Source: Vulcanimicrobiota bacterium (GTDB lineage: Bacteria; Vulcanimicrobiota; Vulcanimicrobiia; Vulcanimicrobiales; Vulcanimicrobiaceae). Taken from it: DNA of 64,000 nt. A program made the position numbers and the translations under genes. The notes beneath the pieces were generated by a model. That model had not been told where the DNA came from, searched no databases, and was given only the letters and a program-made list of their open reading frames with translations. Where the stretch lies: assembly GCA_003135555.1 (NCBI GenBank), contig PLCF01000062.1, positions 32,001-96,000 of the forward strand, written 5' to 3'. Position 1 is the stretch's first letter. Each line of letters opens with the position of its first letter. This document shows positions 9,862 through 19,696 of this stretch, piece by piece.

Positions 9862-11013
9862 TCAACGCAGCAAGTGCCCTAGATGGCGCTTACGGAGCAC
9901 GTCGGAGCCTCCAAGGAGCTTCGATACCTCGCTCTTGCGAGGCCGTGCGCCTTGGGATCGAAGATGGCGAATCGCGGCCTCGATTTCTTCGATGCTGGGG
10001 CTGTAAGTAGAGCGGTCAAAGTACTCTCGCACGATGCTCCAGTACCAGAATGGAGCGTGCGGCAAGTGTTTACCTAGATAGCTCGCGGACAGGCCGAGGC
10101 GCGTCGACCTTTCGATGAACTGGAGCGGCCAGTCACGTAGTAAGAACGCGGCCATTCGCATAAGGCGCGCGCGCTGAGGAACTGGGAGGAGCTCAAATAG
10201 TTGTAGACTCCCTCCGAAGGCCGGCTCGAAATCCGCGATGGCGAGCTCAGTGCCGAGATGCTTGCGAAGCGCTCTCGCCGCTCGACCGGAGGATAGCACG
10301 ACAAGCAGCACCCGCAACCCAGCGAAGTAGAGATGCGGAAAGAGGACTTGGTCAGCGATCATCGCGGTTCCACTAGCAACAATGTCGCCGAGGCCCTTCG
10401 TAAACTCCACTGCGTCTGGCGGCGCAGCTCTACCATCGATCAGGCGAAGGTCGCTTTCACATTCGAAGCACGTCGTAAGAAGTCGCGCGTCAAGTGCGGC
10501 TCGGTCGCCAAGATCGCGGCGGTGGAAATGCACTGGCAAAAGACATCGTGGGCATCGATCGCGCAACTCCAGTGCGTGTCGCACGCAAACGGTCGAGAAA
10601 GCTAGGCGCCATGTTCGGCGATAGTATGGTTGTTCGGATAAGCATGCCGGGCAGAATTGTTGCCCAAACCGCCGCCTGAGCCGGTGATAGACTCCGATCG
10701 GCATGATCCACGGCGTGTGTCCGTTAGGTTGGTGTTGCTCGAATACAACGCCCTCTAGTGACGCTAGGCTGGTCTGAAATGCCGCCGTCATAGGAGTGCT
10801 GGTGCCCCGCGCCATCTCCTCTAGCACGGACTGCGGGGCGAAGTTGTCGATATCTCGATTCCAAAGGTCACGTCCGGGCCACGCCAGCGATGTAAAAGTA
10901 TGCAGCTTGAGTCCGTTGCCGGCAGCAGTCCGAACGATCCATGAGGTTAACAGCTCATCCTGTAGAGGCTTCGGGTGAAACGGCCAGAGATTGCCGCGAT
11001 CTCTGGCCGCCAC
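9862..11013 (-). CDS. tniQ: TniQ family target-selector protein
   Basis: PKPLQDELLTSWIVR start, QFCPACL...WRLAFSTVCVRH...CPRC zinc-binding motifs; last gene of the tns operon. Confidence 0.92.
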   Translation of the reverse strand: MAARDRGNLWPFHPKPLQDELLTSWIVRTAAGNGLKLHTFTSLAWPGRDLWNRDIDNFAPQSVLEEMARGTSTPMTAAFQTSLASLEGVVFEQHQPNGHTPWIMPIGVYHRLRRRFGQQFCPACLSEQPYYRRTWRLAFSTVCVRHALELRDRCPRCLLPVHFHRRDLGDRAALDARLLTTCFECESDLRLIDGRAAPPDAVEFTKGLGDIVASGTAMIADQVLFPHLYFAGLRVLLVVLSSGRAARALRKHLGTELAIADFEPAFGGSLQLFELLPVPQRARLMRMAAFLLRDWPLQFIERSTRLGLSASYLGKHLPHAPFWYWSIVREYFDRSTYSPSIEEIEAAIRHLRSQGARPRKSEVSKLLGGSDVLRKRHLGHLLR

Positions 11014-11016
11014 TAG

Positions 11017-11883
11017 CTACAGAGTCCTCTCGCGGTTGCGTCCAGAGGGCGACGTATAACCCACTCGATCGAGTACCGAAATAGTGATTTGTTCCTTGCG
11101 GGACTCGATGGCGTGAAGCGCTGCGCGCCTTAGAAGCGTACTTATCTCACCAATAGTGCCCTCCGTCATGCTCAGGACCTTTAGTGCGATACGTTCGGCT
11201 GTCAGGTTCGACGCCTTCTGAAGGGGAAGCGTTTTCTCGAAGGTAGCGAGCAACCGAAGGTATTCGTCGCCCATCCTCCACTTCGGCAGGATCGCCGGCT
11301 CGAACCGACTCGCGAGCTGTGGATCAGTATTGATAGCAGCGAACGCTTTCTGAATCCCCACGCCGACGATCGGGATCATCAGCTCATTGCCCATTTGCTT
11401 GATCATGGCCAAGAACTGCCGTTGCCGCTGGCGATTTCCAGAGAGGATGTGGTGAATCTCATCGATGATCAGAACGCGAACGCCGACTGTTTCTAGTAGC
11501 CGCATGACCTGAAACTCTCTTTGGTCTAAGCGACTGGCAGCCTTAAACGGGGCGCGCAGAGCATGCAGGATAGCGTTGTAAAAGCGGCCCTCTTCCGGCA
11601 CATGCGGCGCTTCCACGAGCAGCACCGGAAAGCAAGACGCATCGCCCTCAAGGTTGAGCCGCGGCGGATGCTCTCGCGCGAATTTGCGCACGATCATCGT
11701 CTTGCCGTTGTTCGTCTCGCCGACGATTAGTACGTTTCCCATCCTATGCGTCTTGGGCATCGTCAGCAGGTCTTCGAGCTGGGCCAATATCTGCAGAGCC
11801 CGCGAGTATGCCATCCAGCGGACGCCGCGGATAGCTGCGATGCGCTCGGAGTCATCTTGAACCGTGCCGCCGCCGGTGATCAC
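11017..11883 (-). CDS. tnsC: TnsC/TniB AAA+ ATPase
   Basis: Walker A GETNNGKT, Walker B LIIDEIHH, DPQLASRF. Confidence 0.93.
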   Translation of the reverse strand: MITGGGTVQDDSERIAAIRGVRWMAYSRALQILAQLEDLLTMPKTHRMGNVLIVGETNNGKTMIVRKFAREHPPRLNLEGDASCFPVLLVEAPHVPEEGRFYNAILHALRAPFKAASRLDQREFQVMRLLETVGVRVLIIDEIHHILSGNRQRQRQFLAMIKQMGNELMIPIVGVGIQKAFAAINTDPQLASRFEPAILPKWRMGDEYLRLLATFEKTLPLQKASNLTAERIALKVLSMTEGTIGEISTLLRRAALHAIESRKEQITISVLDRVGYTSPSGRNRERTL

Positions 11884-13745
11884 GCGTCCTCGATCTCGAA
11901 CGGCTCAATGTCGGAGCGTGGAAGAATCCCCACGTTGTCCCCAGACTCTGGCAACATAGTATGGCTGACGACAAGGCTAAGGCGCGGGCGTCGCTCGGTG
12001 GACCTTCTCCTCTCGGCGGCGCGCCGCACCGCCTTAGTCCTGCCAGCAGCCTCTTCTTGCTTCTGCCGCAGACGCTCGTACGATTCGAAAATGGCGTCCT
12101 CGTCAACATGCTCGTTGGCGTCCTTCGCCAGCTCAACTGCACGTCTATGCTCCCAGATGCTCATCGGCGGCCGTGACAAATTACGATACGGGATCGAGAA
12201 ATACTGTCGGAGATCTTCGTTCCAGAAGTAAATCGTGCTAATATCTCGCGGATCTCGCCGAAACACGAATTCCTTCGCTTTGCCGTCGACCTTCATGTCG
12301 CCGAACGGAACAAGCACCTCATCAAAGTAGGTGATATTGTCAATCTGGACACCATAGTTTTGTATGGTGCGTAATTCGAGCGGCAGAAAGTCCAGGCGCA
12401 GTCGGTCGCTCTCGAAGCGACGCCGCATGCCGTAGGGCAGGCGGCCGCCCTTGCCCACCGTAGCATCTTGCCAGCGCTGAAGCGGGGACATCTTGATGCC
12501 CGCATGTACTTTTTGGTGGTACACGCCAGTTATGTACTCGGCCATCCATGATTCGAGCTCCGCCAGGGTCATCACCGCGCGCTTCGCCGAGTCGTATTCT
12601 CCGCGCTCTGCCGGGCTCGAAAAGGTCGCGCCGGGCAAGGTCTGAAGCGCCTTACTCAGAGTGCCCATCATCCGCTCGATGTGGCCGCCATAATGAGGTG
12701 TCGCTACCGGGCGAAACTGGATGTCTATATCATATTGTTGACACGCACGCCGCAGCATCGTGCCGCGAAACTCCTTCGCGTTGTCGACGTGGATTTTCGA
12801 CGGGAGCCCCCAGCATGGCCACTTATTGGTAATGTTGCGCCGTGCAAGCCAGGCTTCTTTAGGATAGATAGCGTGCGAAAGTGCGAGACCTGTTGAAAGG
12901 GCGCCGACTGGGTCGAGGGATATACAGAAGCCGAGCACCATCCGGCTGTAGACATCGAACACCAAAGTAATGAACGCGCGATCGATCGGGCGCCGGAACT
13001 CTTCGTCCACAAGCATGACGTTGAGCGGCGTGTGATCTATTTGGACCAGCGAAAGCGGCCCCTGTGCCTCGTCAAACGTTCCGGGCCTCAGAGTGTGCCG
13101 GTCCCTTGCGATCTTGGAATGAGCGCGCCGGCGTAGCAGATCGTACTCGGTAATTTGCGCGATTCTGGCTCGCACCGTGTTTGCGTGCGGCGGTAGAATC
13201 CCAGCGTTTCGACATCGTCGTCCGACTTCGAGAATCGTCGCTTGCGCCGTCGGCTGCTGCACCGTCAGGTAAAAGTCCTCGATCGAAGCCTTCAGTATTA
13301 CCTCCGCATCCGGGCGGAGGCGCGCCCTTCCGCGCCCGCCGCGTTGGCTTAACAGCGGTAGAAGCGATGAGAGCTTTCCCGATGAGCGAAAGACACGGCG
13401 CCAACGATACAGAGCTGATGCCTCGAAGCCGAATTGGGACGCACGTTGCTCAAAATCGTGACGCGCGTGTCTTCTGTCGTCGAGGAACGGCTTTATGATC
13501 TCAAGCCTCTCGCGAGCCATTGCCCAATCCCGCGCTGTAACTAACGTCAGTTCAGGCGCCAGGTTCGGTTTGGTAGTCGCTGGAGGCACGGGACGAAGGT
13601 CTGGGATCGCTAGGCGTTCTGGAAGACCTGTCTTCGTATCTTGGGCGAGTACCGAAGTGAGGTCGAGCACGCGCATGATCTGGTAGTGCCGTCCGTCAAC
13701 CGTCACTTCTGCGCCTGGCTCAACAACCACGTCGTCTGTTTTCAT
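11880..13745 (-). CDS. tnsB: TnsB/TniA DDE transposase (Mu-like C-terminus)
   Basis: QIDHT, IHVDNAKEF, GHIERMMGT catalytic triad; RDPRDISTIY; ATGA overlap with the tnsA stop. Confidence 0.95.
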   Translation of the reverse strand: MKTDDVVVEPGAEVTVDGRHYQIMRVLDLTSVLAQDTKTGLPERLAIPDLRPVPPATTKPNLAPELTLVTARDWAMARERLEIIKPFLDDRRHARHDFEQRASQFGFEASALYRWRRVFRSSGKLSSLLPLLSQRGGRGRARLRPDAEVILKASIEDFYLTVQQPTAQATILEVGRRCRNAGILPPHANTVRARIAQITEYDLLRRRAHSKIARDRHTLRPGTFDEAQGPLSLVQIDHTPLNVMLVDEEFRRPIDRAFITLVFDVYSRMVLGFCISLDPVGALSTGLALSHAIYPKEAWLARRNITNKWPCWGLPSKIHVDNAKEFRGTMLRRACQQYDIDIQFRPVATPHYGGHIERMMGTLSKALQTLPGATFSSPAERGEYDSAKRAVMTLAELESWMAEYITGVYHQKVHAGIKMSPLQRWQDATVGKGGRLPYGMRRRFESDRLRLDFLPLELRTIQNYGVQIDNITYFDEVLVPFGDMKVDGKAKEFVFRRDPRDISTIYFWNEDLRQYFSIPYRNLSRPPMSIWEHRRAVELAKDANEHVDEDAIFESYERLRQKQEEAAGRTKAVRRAAERRRSTERRPRLSLVVSHTMLPESGDNVGILPRSDIEPFEIEDA

Positions 13746-14401
13746 GGTGTCTCTCGCCGGAGCAAGAGCTCCGTGTTCAAGGTCAGCGGCTCCGTGAGGC
13801 ACGCCGAGACAATGGTGCTCTGCGACAGATGATGCCAAAGTGTCGGGACCAGCTCTGCCCTGTAATCCGGATCATCGTCGAACTCGGAAAGAAGGGCGCC
13901 AACGCTAATCGTCCCGAGACGCTTCAGGGCGGCGATCAGGACCGCTGTGTGCTCGCGATCAGGTTCGTGCCTGCGGAATGGCAGTAAGAACTTCGCATTT
14001 TGGAGGACCGGGGTGCGAATCTCGACCTCCGTCATTATCTGGTACTTCCAACCTCGTTGCCAGGCGTACGCCATCGCAGCACGCAGCCTCGGCTTGTATT
14101 CGCACCACCGCTCGAAGAGCTCGTTGCGATACTTTACGTCACAAAGCAGCGGCGGCCGGCCGAGGCGGTCGTCATACTCGATGTAGAAGTCGGGCACGCC
14201 GCGGCGGACGTCTCCCCGGGGCCCTCGGTATTCCAGACGAAGCGGCTGAGCGTCGTATCGAACTACACCCGCGTCGAATTCGAGAAGGGTCGCAAAATCG
14301 CGCTCTAATGTGGATTCGACCCCAACCATTTGACGGGTCTTCGCGCTCGCAACAAAGCCTCGAACACCCCGACCTCTGGCGGGAATCCGGCGCACGCTCA
14401 C
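13742..14401 (-). CDS. tnsA: TnsA endonuclease
   Basis: VESTLERDF, YDAQP, PDF, CDVK PD-(D/E)XK motifs; first gene of the operon. Confidence 0.92.
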   Translation of the reverse strand: MSVRRIPARGRGVRGFVASAKTRQMVGVESTLERDFATLLEFDAGVVRYDAQPLRLEYRGPRGDVRRGVPDFYIEYDDRLGRPPLLCDVKYRNELFERWCEYKPRLRAAMAYAWQRGWKYQIMTEVEIRTPVLQNAKFLLPFRRHEPDREHTAVLIAALKRLGTISVGALLSEFDDDPDYRAELVPTLWHHLSQSTIVSACLTEPLTLNTELLLRRETP

Positions 14402-14420
14402 GAGGTCTTCCTCCGTGAAA

Positions 14421-14545
14421 CTGGTTGCACCAATTGTCGTGACTCTTCCAACTGGTAGCGATAACTCCTGTTAGCCAGTAGCGTTAACTTCTGTGAATCG
14501 GGCCGCTAGGAGGCTGCACAGTAGCACGAACTCGCGGAATTGACA
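14421..14545 (-). repeat. Transposon end with TnsB-binding-site-like repeats and terminal TGTCA
   Basis: 19-mers ctggtagcgataactcctg (14452), ccagtagcgttaacttctg (14475), acagtagcacgaactcgcg (14518), weaker ctggttgcaccaattgtcg (14421); ends ...aattgaca at 14545. Confidence 0.8.
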
Positions 14546-15217
14546 GGCGGATCGCAGCCGCGACCGGGCGAGATCTCGCTGGCCCAACATGGCGTGCTGT
14601 ACCTAGACGAGCTCGCGGAGTTCTCGCGCGCAACGCTCGAAGTGCTGCGCCAACCGCTCGAAGAGGGGACGGTGACGATCGCACGCGCTGCCGCCACGTT
14701 GACGTTCCCCGCGCGCTTCACACTGGTCGCTTCGATGAATCCCTGCCCGTGCGGCTTTCGCGGCGACCGCACCGCGGATTGCCGCTGCGACGATGCCGCG
14801 GTGCAGAAGTATCTCGCCAAGCTGTCGGGGCCGCTGCTGGACCGGATCGATCTCCACGTCACCGTGTCGCGGGTGTCGTTCGACGAACTGGTCGGGCGCG
14901 GTCCTGCAGAGTCATCCGCAGCGGTGCGCGGACGCGTCGAAGCGGCCCGCAAACGTCAGGCCGCACGGCTACGCGACACGGAGGCAGTGACGAACGCGGC
15001 GATCCCCGCCGCCGACGTGCGGAAGCTCTGCCCGCTCAGCACTGAGCCGCTCGCGCTCCTTGAAGGCGCCGTCACGCGCGGCGCGCTCAGCGCACGAGCC
15101 TTCGACCGCGTCGTTCGCGTCGCGCGCACGATCGCGGATCTCGCCGGAGCCGACCGCGTCGCCCGCGAACACGTCGCAGAAGCGCTCGTGTACCGCGGCG
15201 CCGCGAGTCGTGGCTGA
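14546..15217 (+). pseudogene. comM: 3' part of comM (YifB family Mg-chelatase-like ATPase), interrupted by the transposon
   Basis: GGSQPRPGEISLAQHGVLYLDELAEF, MNPCPCG, SGPLLDRIDL, ARTIADL, EALVYR; N-terminal half absent and replaced by the transposon end. Confidence 0.92.
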
Positions 15218-15230
15218 GACATATTCGACG

Positions 15231-15521
15231 TTAATCGTGGCTGATGTAGAACTGCACGGTTTGGGCGAGCTCGTTGCCGGTGGCATCCTGCGCGGTCAGG
15301 CGGTATGTGCCGGCGGGTGTCGAGGCGTCGATGGCTACGGACACGCTGCCGCTGCCGCCCGAGAACAACAGCGTACCGCCGCCGAGCGTCGCGCCGCTGG
15401 TATCGTCGATCATGAGGATCTGAGCGCCGCCCGGCATGTCGGCGTAGTCGGCATTGACCTGCTCTTTGGTCTGGCCGGTATAGTCGAGCCTGGGGTCCGG
15501 GCCCTGGTCGTCGATGCTCAC
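15231..15521 (-). CDS. Small beta-rich hypothetical protein
   Basis: 96 aa, GTG start with GGAGG RBS; ends TPAGTYRLTAQ...LAQTVQFYI (Ig-like appearance). Confidence 0.65.
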   Translation of the reverse strand: MSIDDQGPDPRLDYTGQTKEQVNADYADMPGGAQILMIDDTSGATLGGGTLLFSGGSGSVSVAIDASTPAGTYRLTAQDATGNELAQTVQFYISHD

Positions 15522-15650
15522 AACGGCCTCCGACGTTCGACTGGATGGGATGCGACACCGTGTGCTTCCACGTTTTCACCCTTCCGCGCTCTTGCGCGCG
15601 CCGATGTCTTATCGAATCGCGCCGATGATCCTTGCCGTGGCTTTGGGGCA

Positions 15651-15745
15651 AGCCGGCTGCGCGGCGCCGGCGTAGTGACAAACGCGGCGATCGCGGCGGC
15701 GGACATCCGCCGGCTGTGTCCGCTCGACGCCGACACGCTCGCGGC
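15651..15745 (+). repeat. Diverged duplicate fragment of the comM 3' region
   Basis: Translates SRLRGAGVVTNAAIAAADIRRLCPLDADTLA versus comM ARLRDTEAVTNAAIPAADVRKLCPLSTEPLA (~14964-15057). Confidence 0.8.
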
Positions 15746-15817
15746 GCCAACCTCGAAGTCTGCTTAGCATTGGTGAGCTTTGGGCAGATTATCGGAATCA
15801 CGATGAAGGAGCGATGA

Positions 15818-16258
15818 ATGCCCGAAAACCCAACCATTACCGGCATTAGCCAGGTTGCGACCGTGTTCGTCCCGGTTGAGAACCAGGACCGAGCGCTCAA
15901 GTTCTACACTGAAAAGCTTGGATTCGAGAAGCGTGTTGACTTCCAATACGGTGGAGGCAGCCGCTGGATAGAAGTGGCCCCGCCGGGCTCGGTTGTCGCA
16001 CTGGCGCTCGTCCCGCCAAGTGAGGGCAGGCCTGTCGGCGGCGGCCAGACCCATTGTGCATTCACAACGAAAAACATCGAGGCTGAACACGCCGCCCTCC
16101 GAGATCGAGGCGTGGTCGTCGACGCCGAGATCGCGCGCAAGGGGAAACGTAGGTCAGGGCTTGTCTCGGTTGAGGTTTCCATTGCGGACCCTGTGCCGCC
16201 GCAGTTCTTCTTTCGCGACACCGAGGGAAATCGTTTCCTGATCGTCGATGCGGGGTGA
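15818..16258 (+). CDS. VOC/glyoxalase family protein
   Basis: VPVENQDRALKFYTEKLGF, RWIEVAPPG, FFFRDTEGNRF; AAGGAG RBS. Confidence 0.9.
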   Translation: MPENPTITGISQVATVFVPVENQDRALKFYTEKLGFEKRVDFQYGGGSRWIEVAPPGSVVALALVPPSEGRPVGGGQTHCAFTTKNIEAEHAALRDRGVVVDAEIARKGKRRSGLVSVEVSIADPVPPQFFFRDTEGNRFLIVDAG

Positions 16259-16334
16259 CCGGGCCAAGCCAGTAGACCTCGCTCTACATAGCAGGGCCAG
16301 GTCGATCGCCGATGGGTTGCAGAACCGGCTCGAC

Positions 16335-16573
16335 GCTCAAACCGTCTTGGGGACATATCCCTCGCGGTGGCCGATCGTTTGCGAGGCCATCGCAGCTTTG
16401 GCGGCGCGAGCCCAGGGTGAGTCGCAGGTTCCGTCCGACTCTGCCGCCGGCACTTCGGACTGGACGTCGAACAGGAATTGCGCTCGGGCGAGCGTCTGGG
16501 AGTTGACGACTGCACCGGCGTAGACGTCTTGCGCGAGCTGATGGTCGCAACCATGCCAGAGCGAGCGCGTGCC
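16335..16573 (-). repeat. Displaced copy of the last ~79 codons (with stop) of the ABC substrate-binding gene
   Basis: 239-bp direct repeat of 19695-19933; about 13 mismatches by manual comparison. Confidence 0.95.
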
Positions 16574-16691
16574 GCAAAAGCACCGATAAATCCTGCGACA
16601 GGCTTACTCGTCTTGAAGTTTGTTCGAGAATTGCGCGCCGAGCGGTCAGGGCATCCGCCGACCGCTCGGCGCAACTCGGCGCGACAACCGC

Positions 16692-18272
16692 TTACGGTAG
16701 GTTGGGGTCTCCGAGCACCTGGGAAGGCTCGCCCGGAGTCCATGTCTCGTAACTGCGGCAGTACCCAGTGTTGTCGTCGGCCCAGTAGTCGTAGTAGGAA
16801 TGCAGCACGCTGTAGGAGTTCTTGACGACATACGAGTTCGCCCCAAGCAACTCCGGCACGGGACCGTAGCCATCGATAGTCCCACAGTTGTAGGTGTACT
16901 GCTCTGCGTCAGTCGCCGCCAAGCAGTATCCATAAGAGTCAATCGCGCAGTCAGGCGGCGCGGGTACGACGAAGGGCCCCGCTGGCTGCCGACGAGTTGA
17001 GGAGGCTAGATAGCCCGTATCTACACCATCGAACGCTTCAGTGACGTATCCGTTTGGCGAGATTTTTGAGTCCGCGGCGTTAGCGCTGGGATAATTCTGC
17101 TGGCCGCCGTAGAAATTCGCCGGATTGGTAGAATGCACCATCTCGCAGTACGTACCGCTACACGTATTTTGCCATTCTCCGTACGCCACTTCAAGATAGT
17201 GCAGTGAGTTATCGCCATTTGCGTCTACCCCGAAATACGATCCGTCATTTGTCTGTGACGATTGCCCGATGCTTGTAACGCGGGAAATGGAACATACCGT
17301 GCAGGGAGTCTGGATCTGCGCTGCATCGAGCCCAGGATGGTTTACGTCCCCAGGGGCCACAGCAAACAGCCACGCTGCGTTTTGAAATGTTACCGTTTCG
17401 GTTGGCGAGTACGCGTTCGCCGGATTGTAACCGGGGATATTTCCAATAACGACATACACCATCGGCGCACCACCGATTTGGGCAGGATTTACCAGGCCGG
17501 CCATCATTCCCAGGTAGTTGCCGCATGCATACCGCGCGTTTGGGTTCTGCAAATTCTGATGAACACTTGCACTCAAGTATGGATTAATATCCGCGGCCCC
17601 GGTGTGTGTGAACATTCCGCCTTCGTAAAGTCCGCCAATTGCATCCCGCCACTCCCAGTACATAAATCCGTTGTCCCCGCTACTTGCCATGTATGTGTCA
17701 CCACAAGGCAGGAACACTACCGCCCAACCGCCCGTCACGCCGCACCGCGAGACATTGCGAACGTATGGACCCGTGCCACCGAAAGGATCGGGAGGGGAGC
17801 ACGAGCTGGAGTAGCTACGCGTTTCCCGTCGACTGCCGGCGACCGTAGTTGCCGCGCTCACGAGACCGCCGACCGTGCGGCTTTCGGCGCGCCGCTGCAG
17901 CTTCGCTTGCGTCGCCAGCGCTATGTTGTTGGAAAGCACTTTGTGACCGTCGAAGTATAGAAAATCTCCGCGACGATTTTTGGGCATAAGGCCCATCAGT
18001 TTGTGCGCCATGATGCGATCTGCGCCGGTTACACCCGGATCGATGTAGCTGTCGAGGTCGTGATCTGAGAGAACTTTGCCTCGCGCCGGCTCAAACTTGT
18101 TCGGAACAGCCCATACCGGCGTTGCGACCGCCGTTTTTGTGGAAATTGCATGAGAACCGTACGCGCTAGGTGTCGCCGGCGCAACGCCAGCGCCTTTCGG
18201 CGAACAGCTCACCAGGGCAAGGGAAGAGAGTAATAGAGTGGTCAGGGAAACCCGGATTCCCATTCGGTCCAT
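16692..18272 (-). CDS. Cys-rich secreted lipoprotein, hypothetical
   Basis: Lipobox-like LALVSC; Gly/Tyr/Cys-rich C-terminal region; low GC. Confidence 0.8.
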   Translation of the reverse strand: MDRMGIRVSLTTLLLSSLALVSCSPKGAGVAPATPSAYGSHAISTKTAVATPVWAVPNKFEPARGKVLSDHDLDSYIDPGVTGADRIMAHKLMGLMPKNRRGDFLYFDGHKVLSNNIALATQAKLQRRAESRTVGGLVSAATTVAGSRRETRSYSSSCSPPDPFGGTGPYVRNVSRCGVTGGWAVVFLPCGDTYMASSGDNGFMYWEWRDAIGGLYEGGMFTHTGAADINPYLSASVHQNLQNPNARYACGNYLGMMAGLVNPAQIGGAPMVYVVIGNIPGYNPANAYSPTETVTFQNAAWLFAVAPGDVNHPGLDAAQIQTPCTVCSISRVTSIGQSSQTNDGSYFGVDANGDNSLHYLEVAYGEWQNTCSGTYCEMVHSTNPANFYGGQQNYPSANAADSKISPNGYVTEAFDGVDTGYLASSTRRQPAGPFVVPAPPDCAIDSYGYCLAATDAEQYTYNCGTIDGYGPVPELLGANSYVVKNSYSVLHSYYDYWADDNTGYCRSYETWTPGEPSQVLGDPNLP

Positions 18273-18281
18273 TTGATTTTC

Positions 18282-19406
18282 CTACTTTCCGCAGTTGCGA
18301 GTTGACTTACGAAGTGGTCGAAGCAATACGACGCTGACATTCCTTCCTTTCGTGGCGAGGCCGAGGATCGAGCCGTCCGACGCAACAAAGTATGCGTCAG
18401 AAACGTGGACTTGACGTCCACTTAGCAGCTGATCGATCAGCGTCAATGTAGGCGGCGTTGCGTGCAGGTCGAAGACGAAGGCTGCGTTACTTCCCGCGTC
18501 GCGTGCTATAGATCCGACAACGAAGCCTCCCCCGCTGACGTCGTAGGCGGTCCCCTGAGCGCGCGAGATCATCTGCGCATGCGCGTTTGCATAGATCATT
18601 GGATGACCGTATGCATTCAGCGAGATACGATCGTCCCCGACGATGACTGAATTCGTGTTTGCTCCCCAGGCGACTCCTTGATACAGGTCGTGCAGAACGC
18701 CGGCACGCCACACGACGGCGTGCGGTCGCGTCGACCCACCATCCGCTGCGCTGAGCCGGTAGCCCCAGAACATGCCATCTTGGCCACCCGTTGGAATCGG
18801 GCCGCGTAACATCTTCTCCATACGACCATCTCGGAGTATTGCAGTCCCGACCGCTTCGGGGTAACCATTTGAATGCGCAGCTATGTACGATGGCTGTTCA
18901 GCGAGATCGTCGACGCCGAAGATCAATGCAGAGCTACTTCCGGCAACAATCCAGTAATTGTTTCGATCGGTAGTAGCCAGCGGAAGAATGCGATGCCAGC
19001 GTTCGCGTTCCCACATGAATGATGCCGCCTCAACACCACTATACGCGCCCGCAACGGGATTGGCGATGGTGACGATCGGTCTCCCTGATGCAAGCGCTAC
19101 GCTGACAAGCCGTGCCTGCGGAAAAGCACGTCGTCCCGACGCGTCGAGTTGTGCGGCAAAAAACGAAGCGCCAAGCAGCGCGGTGCTTGGCGGCGATAGA
19201 ATCGTTCTGCGGCCGGCTGAGATCAGTTCGACGCGGTCAAGGCTGCTCGTTTGGTTTCGAAGGAGAGCCGCAACGTTGCCGTCGCGATCCATGAATACGG
19301 TCGCAGGCTTTGCGAAAACCGGCGGACTCCACGTCGGTCGGCTTAGGTCGATATCGCCAAGCAAGGGCGTCAGCGCCAAACAGGCAACTGCTACCAGAGA
19401 CTGCAA
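18282..19406 (-). CDS. Secreted protein with HAF-like beta-propeller repeats
   Basis: Signal-like N-terminus; repeats GVAWGANTNSVIVG, GTAYDVSGGGFVVG, DAYFVASDGSILG; start uncertain. Confidence 0.65.
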   Translation of the reverse strand: MQSLVAVACLALTPLLGDIDLSRPTWSPPVFAKPATVFMDRDGNVAALLRNQTSSLDRVELISAGRRTILSPPSTALLGASFFAAQLDASGRRAFPQARLVSVALASGRPIVTIANPVAGAYSGVEAASFMWERERWHRILPLATTDRNNYWIVAGSSSALIFGVDDLAEQPSYIAAHSNGYPEAVGTAILRDGRMEKMLRGPIPTGGQDGMFWGYRLSAADGGSTRPHAVVWRAGVLHDLYQGVAWGANTNSVIVGDDRISLNAYGHPMIYANAHAQMISRAQGTAYDVSGGGFVVGSIARDAGSNAAFVFDLHATPPTLTLIDQLLSGRQVHVSDAYFVASDGSILGLATKGRNVSVVLLRPLRKSTRNCGK

Positions 19407-19696
19407 AACTAAGCCGATTGTCGGGCGGGCCTACCCGAATCCGAAAACACTACAAGCGTACTCGAGAGCGCGCGTTGACAAAGCAAGAAAAAGTCCATAT
19501 CGCCACGCTCGTCGGATCCCGACGATTCACCGAAGCACGCGAACCTTGGCATGGCACCACCCTTCTCATCCCATGTCACCGCAGCTCTTGCTAACATTGG
19601 CAACGTAGCACAAGGCCGTCAAGCTCTGCAAGGGGGCAACTGTTTCGCGTCGCGCTTCCCGGCGCTTCTAACGAGCCTTTGGGTGTTGAAGCAAGC

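Larger units (their letters stand above)
1..14545 (-). mobile_element. Tn7-like (Tn6022/Tn5053-type) transposon, transposase-proximal arm plus cargo; other end presumably left of the window
   Basis: tnsA-tnsB-tnsC-tniQ operon on the minus strand; terminus TGTCA (minus) at 14545 abutting a 5'-truncated comM; patchy, mostly lower-GC cargo. The left extent is assumed, not observed. Confidence 0.8.

Noticed and set aside
1..14545. CRISPR-associated transposon (CAST)
   Set aside because: No cas gene or repeat-spacer array seen in the window; cannot be excluded for the part upstream.
19475..19502. Plus-strand TTGACA promoter
   Set aside because: No convincing -10, and it points antisense to the adjacent genes.
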